DNA of 64,000 nucleotides, from assembly GCA_037379345.1 (NCBI GenBank), contig CM074519.1, forward strand, positions 41,770,851-41,834,850, given 5' to 3'. The DNA is from Perna viridis (lineage: Eukaryota). Numbering within the stretch: the first letter of the stretch is position 1; every line of letters starts with the position of its first letter. Both the position numbers and the translations under genes were made by a program. Below the pieces are notes generated by a model that saw only the letters and a program-made list of their open reading frames with translations, searched no databases and was not told the DNA's origin. Below are positions 12,701-24,171 of the stretch, in pieces.

Positions 12701-15700
12701 ACCTATAATACATGTACAAACAAATGTGTACAAAAATGTATAAATACATGCACAAACAAATGTATACAAAAATGTATAATTACATGTACACACTAATGCA
12801 TACAAAAATGTACACTACAAGTATCATTAACTTAATTCAAACAAAAAAAAGAACGATATCAATATGAAAAAAAGTAAGTTGTAAATATTTGTAGTGATAT
12901 TAATAAACCTTTCAAAGGCAATAACTCATTAACTTGTGGCCTCACTCACCACTTCTAACATTACCATTACTTTACATTTAAAAAAGTAACTTTTCAAAGT
13001 TTCACTGTGTATTCCAAGGACAAATGACATTTGAATGTTGCATACTATTACAGAGCTTGGAAAATAAAACTTTCAAAGTCATTATGCAAATGGTTTGATG
13101 ATAGTAGAAAATTTTCACAAAATCGACTTGAATAAATAATGTAGTATCATCATTTTTTAGATTTTAAGCATGTCACAATGAGATTTGTGGGAAATAATGG
13201 AACTAATCTCCACCACTATAGCTAAATTTTTCCTTAAAATGCAACATTTTACAGGGAAAATACATGTAAGTACAGTACACTTGTCAAATGAAACTCAGAT
13301 TTCTTTCATGTGTGAGAAAAATTCATCACATATCACTGGTTCAGCTGTGCGAATCACTTGTGCGAAAGACAGAATTTCTAAACACTTATGTAAGAAATTC
13401 CAGGCCTTTAGTATGGACTCACGTATGAACCTACATGTATTACCAGTAGTCTATAGGTATAAGGATGTCTGAAATGACTTCCATTTTCTAGAAGTGTCTG
13501 GTTCTTTATCTTACTTATAAAAACAACTTTGTGAACATGTAAATGTACATGTATATTAACTCAGAATGCTCTGTTTGGATTTATATCTTTAGTTTATAAG
13601 ATGCCATGTATATAGCATGTTCAATTGTGACCTTCCTGTCCTCACAAATTGTATGAAGCAATAATTTTTTAGTTTTTGTTCCAAAATTTGATTTTTATTT
13701 GATTCCTGTGTTCAATACATTTACATGTAGGTGCAAAATGTGTAACCCAACTTTTCCCCTTACCAAGCTTACCCAAAGAATGTTTTGACATGTACATGTA
13801 AGTTATGAAAATTACACTTGTATGCGATAGTCTTTTTTCAATTCATTCCAAGTGGAAGTCATGAAGATTATTGGATAGTTTACTTATATTTCTTGTTAGA
13901 GTGGTTTTCTGTTTTCAAAAGTGACAAAATGTGTATCTGGAAGTTACCGTGTACCAAACTAATTATTGTCTATTTCATACTCTCATGTCTGATTTTTACA
14001 GGTTTCTGAAAACATTCATAAATTAACACACTTTACTTTAAAATTATGTATGTTTTGAAAAATTTGAAACTGTTTAAAAAAAAACAAAAAAAACAAGGGG
14101 CTCCCATGAGCCTGACTTGTTCATCTGGTTAAATTTTGTCTTTCAATGGCAATAAATTTAACAAGAATTTTACTGATAACTTTGACTCAAAAAGACTTTG
14201 GTAGGACTGATCATAAGGATCAATACATGGCTTAACAGATAAAAATGAAAATTTGACCACAGATAGATCTCATCATACCAAACACTTTTACCCGAAGTCA
14301 AAGTTTGGCTGAACTTAAACATACCTTTTGTGCAAGATACCACAAGGACATTCATACAAAGTTTGGTTCCGGTTGGTCAAATAGTGTCAAAGAAGATTTT
14401 TGAAAGAAATAACATTAAAAATAGCAAAAAAAAAAAACCAAAAAAGGGCAATAACTCCTAAATGGCTTAACAGATTATAATGAAAATTTTCAACACTGAT
14501 AGATCTCATCGAGCTGAACCCTTTAACCTGGTCAGAATTTGGCTAAACCTTATGGTTTTGGCAATATATGTGAAAAACTGCAGTCTGACCCCTATGTTCT
14601 ATTTTTAGTAACATCTGCCATGTTTTTTGATGGATCAAAAATCTAAACATAACTTTTGTGCAAGATAACCCAAGAAACATTCATACTAAGTTTGATTTCA
14701 ATTTGTTAAGCGGGGTCAGAGGAGAAGATTTTTTAAAGAAATAACATCAAAAAAAGCAAAAAGACTATGAAAATGGGCAGTAACTCCTAAATGGCTAGAC
14801 AGATTAAAATGAAAATTTGACCACAGATATACTACTGTCAACCAAAATTTTAATTTTTCCACTCTTCACAGTGGAGTCACTCATGTCCTCCACTGTGACT
14901 CCACCAAAGTGAAAAACAGGATAAAATTGCTCCATTTCAATAGTTTTCAAAATTTTTTTCTGTCCTTTACTGAAATGTTATTGAACTGCTAGACCCATTA
15001 GATATATCTTGGTTTAAAGACAGGGGAAGTTAATTACAATTAACAATTAAAATTTGTGTTGACCGTAGTGTACATCAGAGTTTTATTTTCCGCACTGGTA
15101 TTCTGGGTTACACATTTTGTACCTACATGTAAACAGAATGAACTCTTGAAGCGGGGAAGTGTTGCAGTACTGCCTACATGTATGTACATAATTTTAAACT
15201 CACTCTTACTGTTTATTTTTGAATTCACTCCTTTTGTTAATATTTAAAATCACTAGTTTAATTTAGTTTCAAGTTTTAAAAAATTGTAAACAGCATGCCC
15301 AGAGAAAAGTGACAGTATCTTCAGCATGTTGAAGTTGGTAAGACGACTGTACTGTAGTAGTTACATGCAGTAGATTTAAATAGCGAGTTACTTGACTTGA
15401 CTTAAGGATCAATTCATTATAGTTCTCAGTATCGTATTAATTTTTCCATAGACTTCTATAGTGAAGTGCATATTTTTAGGATTTTTTAAAAAATATGTAA
15501 ATTGATTCAATAAAACTTTCACTTATGTAGCATTTCTAAGGACATGTGAAAAAATAATTTCCCGCAAAGAAAATAGGGTGAGTCCACGAAGATCGGACAG
15601 AAAAGTAGTCTCGAACTATAAATAGCCATTTTCCCTACTTTCACTTTCGTTTTGCACTCACCAAACCAACCTTTTCAGTGGAACATTTTTATGATATTAT

Positions 15701-18264
15701 GTTAGATTTTCTTTTAAAAAAGTTCTTCATCTTACAGTGTGATGTTTGCTCTATTTTATAAGTCATTGTTCATATCTTTTGACAAAATATTAGTTTGTAG
15801 AGAGGCAGAAAGAAAATGCACTATATTTTTATAGCATCCATGTTTTGACGTACACCTGCTCAGGGATATGCAATACGATACTGGTACCTATTACTAATAA
15901 ACATTTCAATATAATCATAAAAGTTGTTGTTTTTCTGCTAGAGTATTCATTTTCATACTGAAAATTCAGAACATCATTGCCCTGCTATAAACATGAGTTT
16001 TCTATTAAAATTTTTATATAGGTACCCTATTCCAGGCATGAGACTAGTATCTCAGTGTTAGCCAGAAAATATTACTTTTGATAAAAAGCTGCTGCATTAG
16101 TCAAACTAAGCAAATTTGTGGTTTATTCTGACATGGTAGATACATGAGCTGTACTATGAGTTCCAAATCATTATTTAATCCCCACTTGTGACTTCCATAT
16201 ATGGAAATATTAATATTGGAACCTCCGTTTTTGTCTTTAACTCAAGGGAGCCTCTTGTTTAAAGTAAAGTATAATGACTGGTACAACCAACTGTTTTAAA
16301 CTATAGATATGGTCATTTCAATAATAATAAATCCAAAAAAAATTATACCAATATCATAGTTTTAAAAAAATATAGCTTTTCATATGCAGAAAATACAGAT
16401 TTTAAGCCATTTTGGTACCCCAGGCAGATACAAAAGGACCTCAATATGACAGGAAAAGGACTTTTTCTTTAAAAAAGATAGCTATGATGCAAGAAAAATA
16501 GTTTATTGGTATAAATATTATAATAACAACTGTCTGCTTTAGATATTTTTTGAAAAAATTCAGTTTTTATATGAAAAAACACCTTTATTTTTCTTGCCGC
16601 ATTAGAATCTGTCCATTTGAACCACTAAAAAAAGTCCACTAAAAAATTGGCTGTTGACTTTTGTGACATTTCTGTGTTTAAATCAACCACACAGTTATAT
16701 GGCAACTCATTTTAGCTATTTATTTGAAAGAAAAACGAAAAATAAAAAAAATATTCATTTTTTCATATATAAGAGGCAATGTATGGAAAATGACTATTTT
16801 CAAGTCCTAACCACATACTTAAAATGTGTTGTAACTTGAAAACTATCCTTTATGCAGGAGTATTACTTGCTTTAGGTTACATGAATATATATATGCTCAT
16901 CATAAACAGTCAAGATAATAATTTTATTGAACTGATATTATACAAATTCATGAAAACAAAATGCATTTCCAAATTTGGTAAAGATTAACCATAAATGCAA
17001 AAAACCAGAGCTACCATAAAAAATTAGGTTCAAAAGTTGGCTAATTCATCTTAAAAGTGTTACCTGCATTGGGGTACTACTTTTTCAGCTGGTAAAGACC
17101 ACTTGCTGAATATCCAACTTTACTTGAAAAACTGGCTTACTAGGTCTCAGTATCGTATTAATTTTTCCATAGACTTCTATAGTGAAGTGCATATTTTTAG
17201 GATTTTTTAAAAAATACGTAAATTGATTCAATAAAACTTTCACTTATGTAGCATTTCTAAGGACATGTGAAAAAATAATTTCCCGCAAAGAAAATAGGGT
17301 GAGTCCACGAAGATCGGACAGAAAAGTAGTCTCGAACTATAAATAGCCATTTTCCCTACTTTCACTTTCGTTTTGCACTCACCAAACCAACCTTTTCAGT
17401 GGAACATTTTTATGATATTATGTTAGATTTTCTTTTAAAAAAGTTCTTCATCTTACAGTGTGATGTTTGCTCTATTTTATAAGTCATTGTTCATATCTTT
17501 TGACAAAATATTAGTTTGTAGAGAGGCAGAAAGAAAATGCACTATATTTTTATAGCATCCATGTTTTGACGTACACCTGCTCAGGGATATACAATACGAT
17601 ACTGGTACCTATAGCCAAATTGGTTTCTCACTGGCCTGCCACCAAACAGTCTATAAAGGGTTCAATCCATGGTGGCAGAGGACAGAAGTATAATCTGTGG
17701 TTCAAATCATATGCTCTGCTGTTGCAATTTCAAAAGGGAGGGTACCTCCCTTTTTTAAATCAGCACTGGAGATATTTGGTGGTGGTAAAAACAAAAACAA
17801 AAAAAATCTCCAGCCAGTAGTGGTCAAAAGTAAGGAAGAAGCCAGTAATTTTTAAAAATAGTCATGTTTCATATTAACAATAATCATTAGCTCTTATGAG
17901 CTTTTAATAACGACTTATATGTTCATATAAATGCATCCATAAAATGAATAGTCTATAGACACAAGACATACACATGATATATAACAAAACAAAATCTCCA
18001 GCGCTGAATTCCAAAATCGGTTTGGAAGGGTGCAGTAAAAATAATTGAGCTAAATTTAAAAACTTACATCTTATGCTCTAATCGTATTAACTTATCGACA
18101 TTTGGAATGGAATCACGTCTTCTGTGAATAGAAAAATCGAAATCATTGGGAACGGCACACGGTGTATTTGCAAGTGAATTGTCAGGCGTCCTTGTTCCAT
18201 CATAATGCAAATTATTCTCTTCTTGAATAATTCCTAGAGCAGAACTTGGTTTGGGTTCTACCAT
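798..18264 (-). CDS. WD40-repeat protein, paralog A (multi-exon, 3'-incomplete; remaining exons lie left of the window)
   Basis: Exons 18264-18068, 10817-10733, 9480-9354, 7696-7507, 3456-3348, 2620-2589, 1518-1416 and 863-798 are all GT-AG with compatible phases (303 codons in window). The translation includes DVICCKYTPDASMLAVGLVNGSI, YASGHIKLWHY, DGHCFRVFAAQYHPDENHLFISGGWDDTVHYWDDR, SGPHICGDALEID and LLTGSWRRKNPLEVWDFDTGK, which are WD40 blades. The exon layout mirrors paralog B. The start could be the ATG at 18270 or at 18264. Confidence 0.9.
885..1152. repeat. Tandem repeat, about 78-bp unit x3, abutting the acceptor of WD-A exon 8
   Basis: Recurring GAATTAATAGAACTACACAACCTTAACATTCCTG...TTTTACA. 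Confidence 0.75.
1790..2008 (+). mobile_element. 3' tail fragment of a Penelope-like retroelement family
   Basis: CTTACCCTACCGGTGCACCTGGTCCATGCTCCCAG...CTTGGTTCCCTTGATTACTCTTT is near-identical at 19262-19452, 30445-30646 and 32497-32734. The last copy is joined to RT coding sequence. Confidence 0.8.
2836..3280 (-). mobile_element. SINE/LINE-like retroposon remnant with (TCAA)n tail
   Basis: TTGATTGATTGATTGTTCGGGTTTAATGCCCGAGGAGCAATATTTCAGCTAT is the reverse complement of the tail at 37897-37955. It interrupts a splice-donor echo repeat. Confidence 0.55.
3725..4165. repeat. 26-bp minisatellite (CATATACGATACAGGAGTGAGAGTTA) interrupted by a MITE
   Basis: About 6-7 units before 3897 and about 2 after 4115. 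Confidence 0.9.
3897..4115 (+). mobile_element. MITE with CAGG(C/T)GC(G/A)TAGCTG terminal inverted repeats and 5-bp TSD (ATAGG)
   Basis: TIRs at both ends and ATAGG duplicated on each side. A second copy in opposite orientation lies at 25739-25960. Confidence 0.85.
5117..6808. repeat. Purine-rich minisatellite, about 57-80-bp unit with variable (GGAA)n, about 25 units
   Basis: GTCAATAAGGAGGAGTAATGGATAAGAGATGGGTACCCCTCTGTGTAATGGAAGGAAGGAAG repeated. Higher-order block duplication is visible (about 5940-6200 versus 6540-6805). Confidence 0.95.
7003..7210 (+). mobile_element. Degenerate Penelope-like reverse transcriptase fragment (RT C-terminal/thumb region)
   Basis: Translates, with one frameshift, to SYLDLLLEIDGKGKLLTKLYNKRDDF/FHIVNFPFVCGNIPKASVYGDFITQLILYARDCC. 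This matches the YLDL..KLYDKRDDF..IVNFPF..NIP motif string of invertebrate Penelope-like RTs. Confidence 0.75.
7212..7378. repeat. Short tandem repeat, about 40-48-bp unit x4
   Basis: Recurring TCTGGCAAGCCAGA(T/A)TAGTACC. Confidence 0.7.
9090..9385 (-). repeat. Tandem echoes of the WD-A exon 3 end plus splice donor (about 60-75-bp period, 4 degenerate copies)
   Basis: The true junction TACTTACATGATGCTATCAGTGTATCTTCTTCCCC (9348-9381) is re-seen at about 9286, 9215, 9166 and 9090. Confidence 0.8.
10143..10300. mobile_element. Small MITE with imperfect CAGT(G/C)CT TIRs and 6-bp TSD (CACATG)
   Basis: CACATG occurs at 10137-10142 and 10301-10306. Confidence 0.6.
10900..11170 (+). mobile_element. 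Degenerate tRNA-derived SINE
   Basis: Decayed B-box-like head, conserved-looking core (CTGGTTGGCTCAGAGTCAGCATAATATGTCTGAATGG) and (AATC)n tail resembling bivalve SINEs. Confidence 0.55.
12374..12682 (+). mobile_element. MITE with CACTAC...GTAGTG-type TIRs (CACTA/EnSpm-like)
   Basis: CACTACCATCAACCAAAATTTTAATTT / AAATTAAAATTTGTGTTGACAGCAGTG. A second, internally deleted copy lies at 14830-15070. Confidence 0.7.
14092..14829 (+). mobile_element. Non-autonomous Helentron-like (HINE/Pearl-type) element, 5' part with internal ~345-bp repeats
   Basis: Starts AACAAGGGGCTCCCATGAGCCTG and is collinear with 29765-31345. Confidence 0.65.
14830..15070 (+). mobile_element. Second copy of the CACTA-like MITE
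   Basis: Collinear with 12374-12682 and ends in TTGACCGTAGTG. Confidence 0.7.
15422..15888 (+). mobile_element. 467-bp MITE, TA target site, TIR core CAGTATCGTATT
   Basis: TA|GTTCTCAGTATCGTATT...AATACGATACTGGTACC|TA; nearly identical to 17143-17609. Confidence 0.9.
17143..17609 (+). mobile_element. 467-bp MITE, second copy
   Basis: TA|GGTCTCAGTATCGTATT...AATACGATACTGGTACC|TA. The flanks differ from those of copy 1. Confidence 0.9.
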
Positions 18265-19261
18265 ATGCATTATTCGTGTAACTGTTCACTAACAGCTTTC
18301 TTTCTATTTAAGTCCGTAACCGTTCCGCTACCACAGTCACCTGTAAACAAACCAGTCCCGCGGTTAAGTCAGAAAACGTGACAATTCGGTCCACAGGAAA
18401 TTCGGACCATATAGCAACACCATTGATTTTTTTGTTGTCTTTATCCTTGGCAATACAACGGATTCAACTTAACCTGTGTAATTGCATATTCCTGCTGATC
18501 TGTTAACTGCTATTGTGAGTCGTTTATCCTGTGTAGGATTGCTGTCTTATAAGAATTGTCTCCTCTGTACCAAATATATTAATCAGAATGTTGTTCATTT
18601 CTAAGAAACATTTCGTTTTTATCTGTTTGTGAGATGCCTAATATACGAAAATTATACGCACTTAAAAGTTTAAAGTACCTATGCAACTATTATGTAAAGC
18701 GCACATAAGATTTGTAAACGAGGGGAATCAAGGGAACAAGGATTAGAACGCTAATAAAAAGAACACAATCCAGGGACAACAAACTAAAGGCAGACACACA
18801 CAGCGAAGAACGTGGATTAACTAAAATAGCACATACTTGGAAACAAATATAAATGAGAAGCATGGACTGTACTTAAAAATATTTTAGTGATGAGGTTTCC
18901 CGTTTTTATGGATCTCTAAGTTTAAGTCAAAATATGAGGCTGATTTAAAAGTGTATTAAGGTATTCCAAATGATTGAAATGAATGTATTATTGATTGAAT
19001 TTAGTTATGTGTTTGTTTGTTATATCAGTTCAATTTAGACCTTACAATTGATTAAAGTGGGCAGATAAAGCCTTATATTATAAATCTAGTTAAACCCACA
19101 GCAGATTTAATGATCCTATCCACAGTCAGATATTGGACATTAATGTTGCCGTTGCATAGCGATTGATTTTGTGGAAATGTCATCGTGACGGTTCTGATAC
19201 CATGGACAGTTTTACTTTTGTTGTCGAGGCCTTTCAGAGTTTGTTTGAAGGTGTTATTTAA

Positions 19262-19452
19262 CCGGTGCACCTGGTCCATGCTCCCAGTTTTTAGTGGAGT
19301 CCGAGTTGCTCATTTGCTTTTGTTACTTTGTATGTATGATTTTAGTTACTTTATGTTCTTTGCTGTGTATGTTTGTTTTCCATGTCTGGACTTTGTCCCT
19401 GGATTACATTCTTTTGATTACCGCTATAACCTTGGTTCCCTTGATTACTCTT
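19262..19452 (+). mobile_element. 3' tail fragment of the Penelope-like family
   Basis: Near-identical to 1815-2008 and 30455-30646. Confidence 0.8.
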
Positions 19453-19637
19453 TAAGACCTTAATACGGCAACTTCCAGGTATTTACCGATATACGTTATG
19501 TTCATTTGTTGCGTTTAACTCAGTTCACTCTTTCGTTGTAGTTAATGAATAGATATAACCAACTACAAACTTAGTCATCACTGATTTGTTTTATTTGTAA
19601 AATAGATGCTGTATTGGTTTTCTAAATTTCTTGCATG

Positions 19638-21572
19638 TTACTTTAAACTGTGTAATTGTTTCCTATTGTTGCATCCGGTTAAAATATTGTTCCAATATCT
19701 GACTAATTTCTCCTTTTCAGATACCGTAAATATTGTTTGTCCAAAGTAATTATGAGTATTTCCTGGACGCTTGAATGTCCCTTCGACATTTCTAACAACA
19801 CAAGATAAATCTTCATTTGTAACTATAATTTTAAGGTATTCCAGCACTGATTTCAGTACAATTTCCGTATTCTGTTGAAGAGTGTCGTATCTGATGATTT
19901 TAAGTGGTCCCGAGTATTGTAACCAACGACTGTTAAATGTATACCAACGTTCCATCTCTTCATAGAGAAAACTTTTCCATTCTACAATGAATACATATAA
20001 AATAGAAATGATCGGAGGTAAATAGGCTTAACGTTTTGTTTCTTCTTCGTGTATTTTTTGCAAGATTTTCAAAACCACTCAGACAAATACAGTTGAATTT
20101 CTAAAGAAATTCAATACAATCGAATAAAAAATCAATTAAGCAATCAATCCAATTTAAGATAATATACTGGCCATATAGTTCAAAGGCGCATGCCGTAAAA
20201 TTGTGGATTTGTATTTTCATATTACATGTACGAAGATATCCTAATGNNNNNNNNNNNNNNNNNNNNNNNNNNNNNNNNNNNNNNNNNNNNNNNNNNNNNN
20301 NNNNNNNNNNNNNNNNNNNNNNNNNNNNNNNNNNNNNNNNNNNNNNNNNNNNNNNNNNNNNNNNNNNNNNNNNNNNNNNNNNNNNNNNNNNNNNNNNNNN
20401 NNNNNNNNNNNNNNNNNNNNNNNAAATCGTCAAAAATACCAACCTAACAATTACAGTATTTGTAGTGTTAATTACCTATTTTAAAATGTATTTTTTGAGC
20501 GTGTCCTAGGTGTCCAGCGCATCTTCTGTTAAATTCTGCAAGCAATGCATCCTCGGGTTTCCTAATTAAGAGAATCCCCTTGTCGAATTTCTGTAAAGTT
20601 TCGTCTGTTGATTCGTGTGTTTTTACTGTCAGTACAGACCGATTGCTGATTCCCTCGCCTGGAAAACCATAGTACTTTAATCCTAGGTCCACATATTCAC
20701 TTCCGGTGGCAATACCTGAAACACATCAGTAACAATCGACAGTGTCAACAAGTAAGAGTCAGGCTGATAGTGACACCCCTAATTCTTTCTTCGGTACTTT
20801 CTTTTAATTACTAAAGCGCATTAAAAACACACAAAAAAATGGAATTGCTAAAATAGCGTGAAGAGAGATAAATGTTTATAGTTAAGAATTAGGAGCATAA
20901 AAATGGCGTGAACTCCCTTGTGCATTTCTATCATTTTTTTAATGATTTCTTCACACATCGTAGATCTGCATTATATGACGATGTCTTCAAAGATGCATTG
21001 AATGTATAACAGTAATAAGAATCTCCGCAATATTACCTGATGTAGCACTATTACTATATAAGATCTTTCGATTTTTTCATGGATTTTTAATTTATTATCG
21101 CGTGACTGTTACATTGTATAATCAGTAGAATAAACACAGGTGAACAGATTTGGCACGCAAGTATTGCTCGTCAACAAAGCGTTCAAAGTGCGAATCTCAA
21201 AACCGTCCACTCTGTTAAATTGTCGTGTAAGATGTACCAAGAATATACACTTGTATTATCAACTAAAGTAACGGAATTCTTTTTAAGAGATGACATACCA
21301 GTTGCTTGTTGTAACAGATGGCGTAACCACGTGTTTCCTGAGCCGGGGTAACTAGCTAATGATATCAGTGGTAAAGGCTTAGAAGACAGACCAATTGGTC
21401 TACAAGTCTTAAACTTGTTCAGACGTCCAACATACAAGGAACCATATGTATGGATGAAGTGACTTGGTCTTGATTTAGATAACTGGTGAACAGTCAAAAT
21501 ATTAAAGAAGACAATGACGGTTACTAATACAGCACAGACGTAGGACTTTGCACATCTATGGCTCCGAACCAT
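19638..21572 (-). CDS. WSCD-family (WSCD1/2-like) sulfotransferase without WSC domains; type II membrane protein, about 285 aa
   Basis: Exons 21572-21299, 20715-20476 and 19981-19638 (858 nt, in phase). N-terminal hydrophobic anchor (YVCAVLVTVIVFFNIL), PAPS-binding loop LASYPGSGNTWLRHLLQQATG, VKTHE, LLIRKPEDALLAEFNR and IRYDTL. These motifs are typical of the WSCD sulfotransferase domain. An assembly gap lies in intron 2. Confidence 0.88.
20247..20423. other. Assembly gap (177 N)
   Basis: Run of N inside intron 2 of the sulfotransferase gene. Confidence 1.
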
Positions 21573-23704
21573 GTGGTACCACTCTCCTTTTTAAAACCTT
21601 TAAGCACAGATTGAAAATTAGATTTTTTTATTTAAACTTTCTGAACAATCTACCTGTAATTTTTTAGATTTGTGGTAAAAAAGAATTGTCTCTGACATTT
21701 GTAGGTTTGAAATGCCCTCAATGAACAGGTTTCTATTAAATATATTTATCAAAATTTGGAAAAAATGTACAAATAACATATTTTAGGAGTACCATTTGCG
21801 CCGCATTAATATTATTTAACTTTCATTATTTATCAAACTTGCTCAATTGAGTGATTTTAAAATGTCTGCAATTGAGTTCACAGAATAAAATAATAAGTGG
21901 TGCAAACCTACAACGGTCGCAAATAATTTGTTGTGCAAGCGAACTCAAAATTGTCGCAATCGGACATCCCCTGAAATTTTGGGCTTAGTTATCTCCCCTT
22001 TATGTAGAGAATCATAGGTGATCCTGTACTTTATAATTTGTAAAATATACTTGAAAAATTAATCAAAACTCGTGTATTTGCTAATAAAATCAGCCTTATA
22101 GTTCACAACTTTGAAACTGAGCGGACCTAAAGCTTTTTAGAGATGTTTATATAAAATATTATCCAAGTGCTCAAGCACTAAATCAATTAAGACTTTCAAT
22201 CTATGAAGCCCAATTTAATCTTGAACGGATTCTACAAAAATAGTAAGGTGACTTCCCTATTTAGAAGAATTTCCGAATTTCCTTTTTTCAATGTATCAGG
22301 GAATCTGAAAAAAGATTGAAAAGGGGAGATAACTCAATTACAAGAAAATGATCAAATATCAAAAATATGGCAATATTTCATGATCAAGCTCCATGTGGTA
22401 TGTTTTTTTTTAAATTTTTTAAACGAACTATTTTTTGGACAGATACTTCTTGGTATTAAAATGCAAATAAAGAAACTTTATTGGAATTTTGATTCGAATT
22501 CATCGATTTTTTTAGAGACCAAACATTAAAATTTTAGAAAAAAAGGTGGTCTGACAATTTTCCGCCTATCTCTGTAAATAGTCGGGTGATCCTCTATTTC
22601 CTACCTCAATAGCGGGATTTGACTAAATGTATGTTACAGGATATATTTATTGTTTTATTTATATTTAAAATGTAGTGTATGCTAAACACATAACAACAAT
22701 AAAGGCGCTGGAGTATTATTTCAATTTGCATATATTCTGCATATATACTACTCAATCTAAAGGAAATGTGAATTCATTTCAGGGCATAATTCCCCATTTT
22801 GGACCCTGACTTATCAGAAAATGAGTCGGGTGACCCACTACTTTCTTTTCATTTTTGGAAAAATAGGTAAAAAGTTGTTCAACATATATCAAAATAAAGA
22901 AAACGAAACTCGGGCTTCATAAATCAAGGAGCCACCTTTATTAAAAAATATAATATGTAATACGATCTTAAAAAGTGAAAAAAATGACAAATTCATGTAT
23001 TTCATTACGAGAGTATTTGAATATTAGAATACATAATGATTGATGTTTAAAGCGAAATACTGAACCAAACTTCTGACGTGTCATTAAAGTTTGATCGAAG
23101 AGAGTTGTGGAACCTCATCCATCCAAGCCAGGGTTTATGAGTCCACATTTGCTCCCTCAACGAAGGTGGACTCAAAACCCTGACTTAGGAGGATGGTGGA
23201 CCCCCCGCCAAAAAATCAAATCAAATCAAAACCAAAAACAAAAATTCAAAAAAACAAAAACAAAACAAAAATAAAAATACACATGTACTAAAATTAAAGG
23301 ACCATTGTTGCAAAAGAATTGCTAAGGTTTTTCCCATGAATATTACTTAATCCCAGTGTTTCAGAGTAAGAATTATCCAATTTTTAGAGTGAAATGTAAA
23401 ATAAAATAGAATAATAAGAAAAAAAATCATTTTCTCATCGAAACTCTGAACCAAGTATTCATTGTTTTAGACGTCCTAACTGACACGTCCAGCTGTGTAA
23501 AACATCAACTGAAATATGAAGCGTGTATCTTTTACATGTGTACTTATGTTGTTACACATATTTATTTGGTATAGAACTCAACTTGATTTCAGATTTTCAG
23601 ATTTTGAAAACAGATGATTGCAGAGCATGACATTATTGTATTAATACTTAGCATAAAAATTGTAAGTAGAGATATTATGAAATTCGAAGGGGTTAATTGG
23701 CTTA

Positions 23705-24171
23705 ACTTTTCACGCCTTCCTACAGGTAAGAATACGGAGAACACACGCTGAAGTGTAATAGTAACTTTCACGCCTTCCAACAGGTATGAATACGGAGAAC
23801 ACACGCTGAAGTGTAATAGTAACTTTCGCGCCTTCCCACAGGTATGAATACGGAGAACACACGCTGAAGTGTAATAGTAACGTTCACGCCTTCCCACAGG
23901 TATGAATACGGAGAACACACGCTGAAGTGTAATAGTAACTTTCACGCCTTCCCACAGATATGAATACGGAGAACACACGCTGAAGTGTAATAGTAACTTT
24001 CACGCCTTCCCACAGGTATGAATACGGAGAACACACGCTGAAGTGTAATAGTAACTTTCACGCCTTCCCACAGGTATGAATACGGAGAACACACGCTGAA
24101 GTGTAATAGTAACGTTCACGCCTTCCCACAGGTATGAATACGGAGAACACACGCTGAAGTGTAATAGTAAC
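23705..24171. repeat. 58-bp tandem repeat x8, highly homogeneous
   Basis: AACTTTCACGCCTTCCCACAGGTATGAATACGGAGAACACACGCTGAAGTGTAATAGT. Confidence 0.97.

Noticed and set aside
20101-20509. ORFs spanning the N run
   Set aside because: Artefacts of the assembly gap.
23705-24171. Regular arrays (also 40018-40203 and 42712-42858) as possible CRISPR arrays
   Set aside because: Units repeat head-to-tail with no unique spacers, no cas genes are present, and the context is eukaryotic.
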